Source: Tubulanus polymorphus (lineage: Eukaryota; Animalia; Nemertea). From it: 64,000 nt of DNA. Positions 22,883 through 36,378 of the stretch are shown in pieces. The first letter of the stretch is position 1. Every line of letters starts with the position of its first letter. The notes below the pieces were generated by a model that saw nothing but the letters and a program-made list of their open reading frames with translations, was not told where the DNA came from and made no database searches. Location of the stretch: contig NC_134036.1 in assembly GCF_964204645.1 (NCBI RefSeq), positions 1,364,001 through 1,428,000 of the forward strand. Reading direction: 5' to 3'. A program made the translations under genes and the position numbers.

Positions 22883-25800
22883 ATGTACCGTGAAAGAAAC
22901 ATCGTTCGTTTTCTGCTGTTGTTGATTCTATGTTTATTCATCACAAACACATCAGGTGAGTTAATCAATAATCGTTGGTTCCAGAGCTGTAAAAAATGCG
23001 GAAATCGTAAATTGTACGATTTCAATCCATAAGAGAGCACCGATGATAACCAGAGAAAGAAGAGAATTATTGTTGGAGAACAGCATTTGGAGAATATTTT
23101 TGTAAAATAATCTTCTTTTTGTCATTTCAGCGAAATGTTTTGGGAAGAGTTGTACTGGTTGGTTGTGTCATTGCAGTAATACAGCCGTGGACCAATGTCC
23201 AATCAACGGATATATAGATGGCGCTTTAACGTGTCCAAATCCTAACACTGCATGTGAGTCTACAATAAGAACTCCGTATCCCTGGACACCACCAGGATGG
23301 GCCGGACCAGCTTGTCAAATCGGTCAGTTTTCTGTTTTTGCTCCAGTAAACCGGGGTCAGGTCAAATATCACTGAACCTCGGATTTATATCAGATTTACG
23401 GATTAACTCCATGAAAGCCTTTACAAAAATAAATCTAAAAGAAATACGAATGAATGTTGTAAATTTCATTAGATTTATCTCAGATTAACGGAATAACACT
23501 AACACTAATCCGTATACGGATTAACGTCACTAATCCATATACGGATTAACGTCACTAATCCATAAGCGGGAAAAAATCTATTAGTAAAAATATCATAGAT
23601 TTATGAAACATCCGGGAACTGTCGACGAACTGAGATCAACTCTAATTATTTCATCGCGTAAAGAAAAAAATGTTAGTTTTGTTAAATTCTAGTTGAAATT
23701 GTGAAATAACTTTGAATCAATTTGTTTTTGTTCGTTTTGAAAATTCGTGAAATAATTCAAATCTTTTATTCACAAAATGTGTTTTGTAGGTAACGTGGCT
23801 CGTGGTAAAACAGTTAACATGTCATCCACTTACTATGAGTTGTTACCCGGTAGTAAATGTACAGATGGTCAGACGGTCACTGGGATGGCTAGTGATCATG
23901 TATGTCACACTGAAGCGGAACAAAATGCTTGGATTAGAATTGATCTCGGAACTCAATACGTGGTACATGAAGTTACACTTTGGGATAGAACAGACGGGAT
24001 TGGTTGCACCGCTGAGTGGCGTGAGTACAAATTATCATTTTTGATTATTTCATTGATTATTTCGGTCAAATCTGAAAAAATAGAACTTTTAACTGGAAAA
24101 GTCTCGTTAGATATAAATTCGGTCTAGTAGATGAAATATCTTCAAAATCAACCAATTAATGATCGATTCTAGGAATCACAAATAAATATCCCGGACTCAG
24201 TTCCACACAGTTTTCAGTTACCCTACGTTTAACCAAGATGAGTTGAAATATTGAACTCTACCGAAATATCGAACTCTGAGTCATCAATAATCAATAATAT
24301 CAAACAGTACGACAACAATGTGTCTGTGGTATCCATGGAAGACAACATCGTAAAAAATACGTTATTGGAAAATTTTGAATCAACTTTTTCAACGTGTCAA
24401 CATTTTCAGTCGATAACAATAAATTTGTGTTAGGGGCCGTGCGCCTGTCGAAAACAATTAATTTATTTTTATATTTCTTCTTCTAAAGAATTTGAATAGA
24501 ATTGTCTTGCACCCAAAGCAATCTTCAGCTTCCCTGATTTCGTGCATTATTTTCTATTTTCATGGAGTAATCTGTCATATTTCAAAGCTCCTTAATCTTT
24601 TCTCAGAAAAACGCACGCGCAACCTGGAGATTCGAGTCGGAAATAGCCCGAGTATTTTTACATCTAACCAGAAATGTGCTTACCAGGGCCCCGCTCTCTG
24701 TGGAACACATAAAACATTAGCATGCAGCCCAGGTCCTATAGTTGGACAATACGTCACCGTTCAACACAAGAACATTGGTAAGGCAGAGTATCTCCACCTG
24801 GTAGAAATAGAAGTTATTGGGTTCAAATATATCGGTAAGTTTTACATGACTATATATATGTGTAAACTATAAAGAGTATGGAAATGGATTTTGCTTTTCT
24901 CGAAAATATTCAGTGACTTGTATATAGAATTTACCCCCGAACGAAAAATTTTGAAATGAAAAGAAGTCTCCCTTTATTACCAAAATTTTGTTTTAAGCAC
25001 CCATTCATTTAAGGATTATATTATTGTTAAAATTAGATCGATTCATAAAAATATTCATTGACTTGTAATGAGAATATATTTCCGAAAGATCAAACGATTC
25101 ATATTTTTCGTATCAATTTTGAATTTCTGTTTAGCACCCGGTGCTTGTAGTAAGGGATCGAACTCATTTGGATGTATGATTGAATGTTATCCGTGTTTCG
25201 ACAACAGTGAAAGTTGTAACTATTTGAGTGGTATCTGTGAATCTGGCTGTTCACAGAATTACATCGGAAAGTGGTGCGAGTCAGGTATATTACACTGAAT
25301 CATAGATTCCTGGGAATCTCACGCCCTATTCCCTGAATATAGTAACCAATATGAATCGCAAAAGACCGAATATCCATGAACTTCAATACAGATCAATTTT
25401 CTTTTTCAGAATTTAAGTTATTTTCTCAATTAAGAAAATCTACGCTGACAGATAACAGTGTAAGAGTCAGTTGGACAGCTTACTCGGGTTCTGTAGTAGA
25501 TTCAGGACGTGGTACTGTCAGCGTTCAGTATCAAGTCGTTTATCGTAAGATATCAGAAAACACTTGGACTAATCAGGAAACTGCAGGAGTCCTTACACAT
25601 CACACAGTTACTGGTTTAACTCCTAATACCGAGTATAAGATAGCTGTTAGTCTACAGAAATTAGTGAACAGTAAACTTATATCAACTGCGAGTCAGACTA
25701 GTCCAATACTAACTATACAGACTTTGTGTGCAGGTAAAAACCCCTCATTCTTATAAACTCTAAATCATCAATTCAAACACAGAATTGTGTTGAACATGTT

Positions 25801-28800
25801 TGTTCTACTGTAGGTCCATTTAAAATGCTATTAGTTGTCGTCATCAAGTAGATGTAAATTCGTATTTTATAAGTAATTTGTCTGTTGCATATATTTCAGT
25901 ACCAGGACCTCCCGCTTCTCTCGACTTCTCATTCACAAAGGATACATTGAAAACTACATTGATATGGACAGCACCAAACAGTCCAAATTGTGATCTCATC
26001 AATTATCGGGTAGGAATTCTCTTGTCCTGACCAGTAGAGGGTACCACCCGCGCCATACTGTAACGTGTCTCCTATCTATTTTCAGCTCACGTGTGAACCC
26101 ATTAGTACAACTTCCACAACACCTTTATCAGAGATAAAAACATTCAACAAACCTAAAATCAAAGGCTCCGTCACAACTTTAGACATAACGACGTCACTGA
26201 TACCTTTTACTCAATACAAATGTTCAATTTATGCCTGGAATAGTAGAGGCGAAGGCTCGCCTGCCAGTGTTAGCTTTTGGACAGGTTTGTAATTTGACCA
26301 CAACGACCTCAAATTTCCACTGATGTCATCGATGTCAACATTGTCTGTATCGATATTTCAGGTAAAATAACCATTCCTCAACTGGTTGTCAAGAAGACAG
26401 CGGTAACAGACGCGACTGTTACACTTCAAATAACACGTGTTAACACTGGTAACATTACGTAAGTGTCCTCCATACATTTATCCATAAATAACGCATGATT
26501 TTTTTAAACTGGATATTCTCTGATTTTCAGCGATTACGAGGTCATCGTGAAGAAACATGATGGACCAATCAACCGTCGCCGGAAGCGTGCAGTCAGCCAA
26601 TCACAGTACGTCTCGTACGAAGAAGCTAAACAGCGAGGATTATCAGTTTATATTACTGCAGTTCTACCACCGGAAGTGCCCTCTGAGTTTACAGTTGGTG
26701 ATACGCGTAACTATAGTGGTTACTTTAATGCTCCTCTAGAAACTGGGAAATCATACAGTTTTATTTTAGGAATCGTTGTCAATTATAACGGAGTGAGTTC
26801 ATCTAGTGTTTCAAAGCAAATTGTAGTTTCCAATTTGGAGGTGATTCCAGCCATTTCTTTTTGATCTTTCAGGAAACGTTTCGGCATTATCCACCAATAG
26901 AACAACAGCAAGAGAGAATCATTGTTAAAGCACCGTCTAGTAAGGCATGGATAATAGGTGGCGTTGTTGCAGCTGTTCTTATACTGTTATTGGTTGCTGT
27001 TGCTCTATATATTGTTTGGAGGTACGAGTAAATAGTGGCGACCTCTAAAGTCCAATGCAAATCATTTGACAATAGCCCAATGTCCCTACTCTCACAAAGG
27101 TTCCCCCTCATTCAGTTACCCACTATATGGACGCTTTAACTTTTCAGACGCGGTGGATTCAAAACTAAACAAACATCGAACAATGCAGAAATATCCATGG
27201 GGAATATTTCACCTTCTGATAAACGTATTGAAATACCTTTGGCGAGAGAAGAAGCAGAGGCTGTTTATGAGAATTGTCCTAAATCATCGAGACAAGAAAA
27301 TACAGCTAGTGCAAATTCTGCATTTTCAAGAGGTTTGTCTCAAGACCGTGAGGTTTTGGAAAGTTGAAGCCTAATAATGTTTTAAAACTATGATTCCTGT
27401 CTATATAGAAAGCTCCGCGTATTTCAATATCTATGACGATCCGAATGCTGTATGCGAAACGCCAGATGGCGAGGATCGTCATAACGAAATCGCTTCTAAA
27501 GGCGCTACTATGATTTGTGACCTGTTGGGAGATACTTTGATGAAAACCTCTGATGAGTGGAAGAATATGAATGAAGAATTTCAGGTAAAATTGCAGGGAG
27601 GTTGTGACTACGCGTCGGTAAGAGATGTGATTATTTTTTGGATCTATTTTATCTGTAGAGTGTTCTCAAGTTGAGACGTGGATTGAGCGCCTGCGCTGAG
27701 AAAGTGGAAAATCTTGAGAAAAACAGGTTTCCAAACATATTGGCCTGTAAGTATTGCCTGGTCATTATATAGACATGAGTTCTGTCGTAAATACAAGAGT
27801 TGCCTTGTGAAACATCTCTATTGAGTTTCATTGACTTTGAGTGGTTTTTTCTAGATGATTCGACTAGAGTTGTTCTGGAACAAATCGGTGAAGATCCAAC
27901 ATCAGATTACATCAATGCCAATTATATTCGGGTGATAAATCAATCCCTCTCTGCTCTTGAAAATGTTGCCACGTCCTCCTATTGTATATAAACGGAAATT
28001 CTGAATTTAATTTTCAGGGACTAACTGGTCATGTAATATGTATTGCTTGCCAGGGTAAGTCTCATGATTCAATTGTTTCGTGTTACTTGTGCGCTCACTC
28101 ATCTAACTTGCTCTTTCAGCTCCATTGCTATCTACAATCAATGACCATTGGCGGATGATTTGGCAAGAGAAATGTCCGGCTATTATTGTACTCACTGCTC
28201 TGACTGAAGGACAAGGCAAAGATAAGAAGGTTGCAAAAATACTCTAAGATGCTGAAGCGTAAACAGGCAAAATGTAGAAAAATAAGTACCGTTGATTTTT
28301 AACTTGCAGGTGAAGTATCATTTATATTGGCCAACAAAACTGAACACGAAAGGTCGATATGGAGATATAACAGTAAAAGTTGCAAAGAAAATGGAAAAAC
28401 ACACTGAGCCTCCGGCTGCCGTACATTTCTTGTCCATTACAAAGGTAATGATCATGTCATTGCTTTATCATGAGTGACCTAGTGTTGGTATTTCTGCTAA
28501 CTATAAGCTTGGTTCAGATATCGATTTTAATAGACTCTCCCGATAAGTAACATTTCATTTATTTCATAGCGTGGCCACAAACAAGCACAAAATCTATTAG
28601 TGTTTCACTATCGAGGATGGCCGGATCATGGTGTACCGTTCCCAGCTTCATCTGTTGTTCGAATGCAACAGTTCATCAAACAGCGTCTTACCGACCCGGA
28701 TCATGGACTTGTGCTGGTTCATGGCAGGTAAATTAATTTGAAATCGTCCAGTCCTTTACAGTTAAGGAGACGTTTAGATATGTTATTGTTTGTGTTCTCA

Positions 28801-30583
28801 GTGCTGGTGCTGGAAGGACGGGTTGTTATATCGCAACGGAGCAGCTTCTTGAGAAAGCCAAGAAAGATGGACTCGTTAACGTATTCGACATGTTTAGGAA
28901 ATTACGACAACAAAGACCAGAAATGATCCAAAATATGGTAAATCTTAATAAAGTTACTGCCTCTCATTTCACGTTTCCAAAATGGAAAACTTCAACGTGT
29001 TCCTTTATTACTATCTACTTCAGAAACAGTACATTCTCGTGCACCAGATTCTACTGGAGGAACTGGTAATGGGACCGGTGGCATACACGACCACGAGTTT
29101 CAGAGAATCATACGAGGAAAGAAAGGCAACGCGTCCCGTATCTAGAAACGTGTCTGATAAAATAGAGGAACAATTTCTTGTACGTATTAAGATCAGCCAA
29201 AATGAGATGAAGGGTTTTGGATAACAAACAGATGGCAGCAATGAATCCATTGACCCAGATAAACTAGATTTCAATTTTTTTCCTTGGTTTGGTTTTGAAG
29301 AAAATAATTACCCAATGCGTTGTTTTCTGATGCAGGTTTTGAAGGCATCGACTCCGATTCAGGACGAGGAATCACTAGCAGTGGCCAAACTACTCAACAA
29401 TGTTAACAAGTCCCGATACAAAGACATCCTTCCCGAGGCACAGTATCAACCGCAACTCTCACATAAAGGGTTCATCAATGCTTCATTTGTGCACGTGAGT
29501 TTGATTCTGAATTAATAGCTGTCCGTGGAATATCTGGTGGAGGGGGGCATTAAGCCTCGATAATCTTCAGTTGAGATATCGATAAGTTATAAGAATCTGA
29601 TTTAAATACTTTCCTTTTTACAGACGATCACAGATAAAAACGTGTTTATAGCAACACAAAGTCCAATGGCAAATACTATTACTGACTTCTGGCAAATGAT
29701 CTTTGACTATAACTGTGAAATTATTGTGATGATGAATCAAGAATATCCACAAGATCCGGTAAGGTGTATTCCTAGTCTAGCATCTAGTATACATAGGTCT
29801 GCTTTGTAGGTATCTTTTTCCAGAATACATCTTCTGATTTTAGACATATGCAAGCTACTGGCCTGCAGCTGGAAGCATCAAATGCAGTCCTTTTACAATC
29901 ACTGTGGAGGAAGTTTTATTGCCCTGTAGGACCATCGTTCGCCGGGATTTGATCCTCCAAAAACAGAATGTATGTTGAGTTGTTTTGGTATCATCTATTC
30001 AAAGATAGTATTTTTCGGAATTTCCTTCGACATTGCTATTTACTATGACCTGATCAGATCAATTGTATTTCTTTGATTTCACAGGAATCGCATCAGATTC
30101 GTCAGATCCAGTTTTTAGGATGGCCTGAGGATGAGTCGGTTCCTGATTTACAACATCTATTCGAGTTTGTGAATCTAGTAACAAGAGAACACGTGACCAG
30201 TCCTATTGTTGTACATTGCATGTTCGTATCTTAGCAACATCAGTCAATTATTCAAAACAATATCACATATTCTATCGATTATGCAAATTTTACAGGGACA
30301 GCACAACGAGAGCAGGGTTATTTTGTGCGGCATTTGAACTGATCACCAAGGCGCCATCTAGCGAACAAATCGATATTTATCACTGTATACAAAAACTACG
30401 AATGACTCGACCTCAATTCATTCCAAATTTGGTAAGAAATTAATCGATTTTCTTTGTATTTTCACGAGTTATTTTATAGATGTATTTTTCTTGTTTTCGT
30501 ATTCATAGGAACAGTACAAGTTTCTACACGATCTGGTGATATTCTATTTACAAGGATTCGACACTTATGTGAACCTTAGTTAG
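22883..30583 (+). CDS. F-type lectin/EGF/FN3 receptor protein tyrosine (pseudo)phosphatase, copy 2
   Basis: Same exon series with a single ectodomain module. Lectin exons 23790-24020 and 24607-24834, RRRKR furin site, D1 VHGSAGAGRTG (GGC at 28723-28725), stop at 30581-30583. No frameshift noticed. Confidence 0.88.
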
Positions 30584-33200
30584 AATTATGACTCGAAATG
30601 CTGAAGAAAAGCAAACAATCAGAAAAGGGAATCTGAGTAAAGGCACCTGAACTGCTACTTTACACCTGGCATTAACCGAGTGATGGCGCCACTAGCTGGA
30701 ACACGAGGCAACGAAATTCACTTACTAGTTTAATCATGTATCTTTTTAAATCGTTTTATTCAAAATATTGCTCGAACTCTTGGACATAAAGATTAACGTA
30801 CTTTTCGTATTGAGGAACCTTAGGTCTACTCCAGAAACTGTCCGGTTTTATTGTGTTTATGTTTACGATTACTTTTTTGTTCATGAATATATATTCATAT
30901 ATAATTTATATATCAGCTATCTAATTATGTATCTATAAAACTGAGTGTTGTATTACGTTATAATTTCAATGTAAATAAAGATATATTCAGATATTTTTCA
31001 AAAGAAATAGATTTCAATATAAAGGTGATTAATGTAATTATCACTCTTAATTAGATATTCTTAGTTAATCTAAAAACTCATATTTGTAATCACCGCGTTC
31101 ACATCGTGTATCATCCACTTCCTTCCCTCACTGTTATCCACCTATCCACCTAATATACATATACACTAGTAAAAGCGAAAACTCGTAATTTCTAGTATAA
31201 AATAAACATAACTACTGACAGTTAGTTGTTACCTGTTGTCACGTTTATTGATTATAATCACAGTCCTTATATAAATATAACTGATTATTTTACTTTCATA
31301 ATGAACTCGAATATTGTACATAATCTAGAATAAAATATGTAGATTTTACTGATTTGAATTTGATGTTTATTTTTGCACTTAATGTTTTTATTTTTGTCTT
31401 GTTTTACAAAAGAAAATTCATTTCCGGAAATACATTCGGTGCTTTCTGTTTTATTTTGTTTTGTTCTTGATTCGTTTTACAAAAGGAAAGTCTTTCATGA
31501 ACTCATAGATTTACTTTAGAAATAGTTAACCAAAAATACTTCTTTTTCTGATGTTGAACAAAAGACATGATAAGCCATTTTTGAAATTTCAACAATATGA
31601 TTCATATGATAAACATTGGTAATAATGAATTTAGTTTATTAGGAAAGGAGTCTTCTTTTGTGGTTGGATCAACACAAAATAATCACGGAGATTATAAAGC
31701 ACGTAATGACTTACGATTCCGGGGGTCAGTTGGTTAGAGTTAATCAGTGGATCTTTGACCAACTTTTGAGCATTTGTGGCTCATAACATGCTTTAGAATA
31801 TTGTGGTGATTTTTTGTTGTCAAGTTAAGACATTCTATTCTGATATCGCACTACGTGTATTCACGAAGATTTACAGGGCGATTTACAAAATAAAACATCA
31901 CGTATCAAAAACTTCCGAATGAAAATAATTTCTAAACTACATAAAAATCATTCAAATGGTTGTCTGTACTTCATAATGCAAGGTTTCTCATCTTGTTGAC
32001 TGTAATAAGAGTAACGAACTGCACACGTTTGACGCCCAATGTTCATTTTCCCATTTAACTTTTTCCAATAATTTTCCAACAATTTTCTTCGTAATAAAAC
32101 ATATCTATCTTGAAAAGAGGAAGTTGTCGCAGAGTTTTTCACTGATCGCCGTTCAGACACGTCTTCCTTTGAACGACGAAGTTTTATTTTCTGTTTCAAA
32201 CATAAAATACGTAAATCGCAATTTACTTCCTGGTAGACCGGTAGGTGACGCTTTCGCGGATTTCACAAATGCGACGCATACATTCATTTAACACCGTGCA
32301 CCTTTTATATTGTCAGTTATATAATACACTCCTGAATAGGAAGACGTTTTTTTTAAACTCATGTGACCGAACGTTCAAGTATTATACATCAGAAAGCAGT
32401 TTGCTCGTACATTGTAACATCGTTTTGCGGCGTTAAAATCTACTTTCTTAAGGTTTATTTTCGCTCTGCTATTGTTTTTATCAGCGTTACGAAGGTCAAG
32501 TATCTCCATCGCTAAAGGTAAGAAAAACTAATTCTATTCTATCATCTTTTCGTTTTTTTATTATGTTTATACAATTCACTATAGTTAGGCTGATATAGAA
32601 CATATATACTCTGTTTCTCCTAATCGGCTGAGGGTCACATTCGTAAAACATGATGAAATTTGTAATCAGTTCATTTCTATAACTGTCGGGTCTGTTATTG
32701 TTAGATTGATCATGATTTAAAACAAAAATAGTCATGTACAGGGTAGATAGACGGTCAATTTATGAGCTCAGTAGAAATTTGAGAAACAAGGTAACAATTT
32801 TTGTAGCCTAAAATGCGAATCTTTGTAGATAGATCTTTATTGAAAGGAGGGGTATAGACCTCAGACTTTAAATTAACTTGGGTTAAGCTCAGCAGAAATG
32901 AGAAACAAGGTACGAATTTTTAGCCAGTGTAAATTAAAGCTTATTCGGTTGACCCAGTTTTTTTTTCAATTGTTGAAGTTTCTGAAAAAGCTTGTCTGGT
33001 AGGCTATCATAGAACCGAAGGTACATGTATTCTATCATAGTGATTACATATGGCCAATGGGTTCGTTTTCCCCCGTTAACGATCCTAAACTGACCACTAG
33101 TAGCCCCTAGACATCACGGTGTTATCATCCATGATATTTGTTTGTATACTATTTCTATTAAAGGCTTTGTGCGGTTACAGTATGTATAGGAAGGTAAGGA

Positions 33201-33243
33201 TTAATAGTATAATAATAATAATAATAATAATAATAGTATAATA
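33201..33243. repeat. (AAT)n filler replacing ~125 bp of spacer
   Basis: Sits where spacers 1, 2 and 4 have unique sequence (e.g. ~3401-3522). An identical filler is at ~60013-60055. Confidence 0.8.
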
Positions 33244-34359
33244 TTAATAGTTTTGGAAACACTGGTACGTGCGTTTAGTTAATATAATCCTGAAGCCGGG
33301 TCGTGCTACAGATTTAATTCTACATGCTCATAATCTCGATCGCGGTTTAACTGTTTACAAAACGGACTAGAATATCAAACGTCTTGTCCACACACAGCGG
33401 TACCTGCGATATATTCTAAATCAGTGTTCATCTTCATTACAGAAGTGTTTGCCAATGATGTCGGTGTTGTTGCTAATGACGCAGTGCACATGAATATATG
33501 GTAAATAAAATCTACTAGGTTTTCGCAATGTCGCTTGGGAAATGGCAAACGGTTATCTTAGAATTTCCACTTGTAAATTGGTAATTTTGTGAATTGTTTG
33601 TTAATTATTTATAGGACAGCAGCAGAACTGTATAGTTGTGCTGTGTGCGTTGGGCTTTACAAAGCAAATCCATGTCAGTAGCGATATCTATTTTCAGTTC
33701 CACCCGAATTCATTGTGCTGACTGAATTTCCAAACGGTCCAGTTGTCCAAGGCACATCGAAAACTCTGACTCCAGTAACCCAGAGTTTTCAATTGTCTGG
33801 GCGTACAGATATGGGGTATCAACATGGACAAATGTTTCACCCAACCCAGCAATCAATCATAAACCTGGTCCTCACAGTGGTCGGGTATCTACTAGTAGTT
33901 TGGTAGTTACAACCGATAAGGATAAAATGGAAGGCAATACAGATGTACTGCTTATCAGAACGGTGTGTCTTTTCATGTGGTCACCAACTCCACGACACTG
34001 TCAGTATTGTGTAAGTGACGTTTATAACACCTTAAACGACATCATTTTTCTTTTCTATTTTATCAAACTTTTTTTTTCTATATATAGGTTACATTATATT
34101 TCTAAAATATTCTTCTTTCCTGTAAAATGAAAAGTAGATGTTTCATATTCTATAGATTCGGCAGATTCTGTTTCGCTGACTCCAGTAAACTCTGTCGTAA
34201 GGGAAGGCGGCTCGATTCGGTTTAACTGTGCAGCAACTGGTGGAAATCCTGATAGTTTCACTTTCGTATGGCAATTCTCAACTGTTTCGGGTTTCTGGAA
34301 ATCAATCGGATCCACGAATGATTATTTAGCCCTAGATAATGTATCAAGAACTGATTCTG

Positions 34360-34497
34360 GGGCTGGTTGCATAGTCATGGCTTAGACTTAAGACTAGTTT
34401 AAGACCAACTTAGTTCTATAGCCAATCTAACAATTTAAGACCGGTCTTATGATTTAAGACCATTTTTGGACTTAAGTCATGACTGTGCAACTGGCCC
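34360..34497. mobile_element. 138-bp MITE, same insertion as 4640-4777
   Basis: Same TIRs and same insertion site. Confidence 0.85.
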
Positions 34498-35173
34498 CAG
34501 GACAATATAGATGTAATGCGACCAATACAGGAGGTTCTACTTTCAGTAATATCGCTACTGTCGATGTTCAATGTAAGTAACCAGCCAATAAAGAGCTTTC
34601 CAGTTTCTAGGCACCATTATCCTGTACCCATTTATAAGGACTCTCAGATTATGGATGAATACAGTATTTAGAATGATTCTGATAATGTGACCAAAAACTT
34701 TTTCATTTTTCACAGATGCACCAACGCTCTCAGAGAAACTGAAACCGTAGCCGCAAAAAAAGGGGAAAGCGTTAGATTTATGATAGGCTACTATGCAAAT
34801 CCGCAAGCGACGAGTTTAAACTGCATCCACGAGTTCATATACAGAACTAATTGGTTCAGATTAGATATAATGTGCTGGGAAGTTACTATCGAATCAGTCC
34901 AGGCGTCTGATTATGGATCTCATTCGTGTCAACTGAAGAATTCGATCGGTAGCCTGGATATTATTACATTGGATATCCTTAAAACTGGTAATTACTGTTC
35001 CGAATATTCTCATCGCTAATATTCCCCATTAATATCCACTTGCGGCTAACTAACGGCTGTGCAATACAAAAACAAAAAATGGCGAAAGTTTGTGTTTTGT
35101 AAGATGCTCAGCTAAATGAAGAAATCCCACACTTCGAATTTAAAATTATACGATCAAATGTATTATTATGAAA

Positions 35174-35215
35174 CCACAACGTTTCGGCTGTTGACTAACA
35201 GCCATCATCAGGTGG
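35174..35215 (-). ncRNA. Hammerhead ribozyme motif, spacer 3
   Basis: Identical to 5454-5495, with the same TSD. Confidence 0.8.
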
Positions 35216-36378
35216 AATGCTCAGCTATTCGTTGAAACTAATGACCTATCCGCGAACCGATCTTTGCACTTCTACTGATTTAGATATTGAAATTTCGCGT
35301 TTCAAACTTAATTTCTTCATTCAGTCGATGACAATGCGTGGACCGTCACGTCTTTAGTCCCGCTGATAATTGCTGGAGTGGTTCTTGGTAGCATTGCGTT
35401 CATTCTGATCGTAATATTTCTACTCGTGTATCCGATAAAACAACTCAGAAACAGAGGAAATAAATCACGTGGAATGTAAGTTTTTATGGAATCATTTTGT
35501 TGTTGTCGTCCCTTTAATTGTTTCGCACCAAATGCCACCTTCTTTTTAAATGACAGAAAACTCATCAATAACAGATCACTAATACATAACTCATCAATTA
35601 CAGATTAGTTTGATTTGGTTCGAATCCCATTAGTCCTTCAAACCGACTATTTCGGTACCGTCTATTCAAAAGGTATTTGCTGAACCCAGAAATTTGAAGA
35701 ATTGAAAAAATCGAGTTAAAATCGTCACTCTTTTATTTCAGTAAAACTAAAGATTTAACGACAGGTAAAAATTGTTCATATAGAAATATGAATTTATTTT
35801 CTAGACTTCTAAATATTGAATGTTATTATTTTGACAATTTCATCATTTTTAAACGTATTTTTATTATTACAGTTTATCGAAACAATGACCCGGATTCACG
35901 TATTTATACAAGGAAGTAATGATAGGAAAAAATGATCCATGATTTTAATGATTTTAATTGGTGATCAATTAGCTTTGTGGTCACCCTATTCAGCTGATGC
36001 CTTTTTTTCTGATACGGGGAAAACCAATGGTTTGTCTCATTTTACACGAAAGGGGTGTCATGTCTATCGTGCTAAGGATTTGAGTGGAGTTAATCCGTTA
36101 ACACTATGAATTAAACTGTTTTTTTTTTCATGTTTTGATAATTTGTTCTTTTTGCTTATCAAAGATTTTTTCTTTTATTTATTTTTTTCCTATTCAGGTA
36201 ACGGCGACCCTTGATGTTCTGTTCTGGCCTCCTTCCTAACCTCCCCCTCAGAGCAAAATAAACTAGCAAATCTGAAATTTGTTTAAACTTCCTTTAAAAT
36301 GATTTATTTGAAAATCAAAAGGAAGTTAATTGCATAGATATGTGAGTGATATCATACTGTGTCATTCAGATAAACAAA

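Larger units (their letters stand above)
33698..35919 (+). pseudogene. Decayed Ig-TM gene, spacer 3
   Basis: Homologous to 3979-6199. It keeps both Cys of the second Ig exon (FNC, YRC) but has the MITE, the 13-bp deletion and a 1-bp deletion near 34746. Confidence 0.78.
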
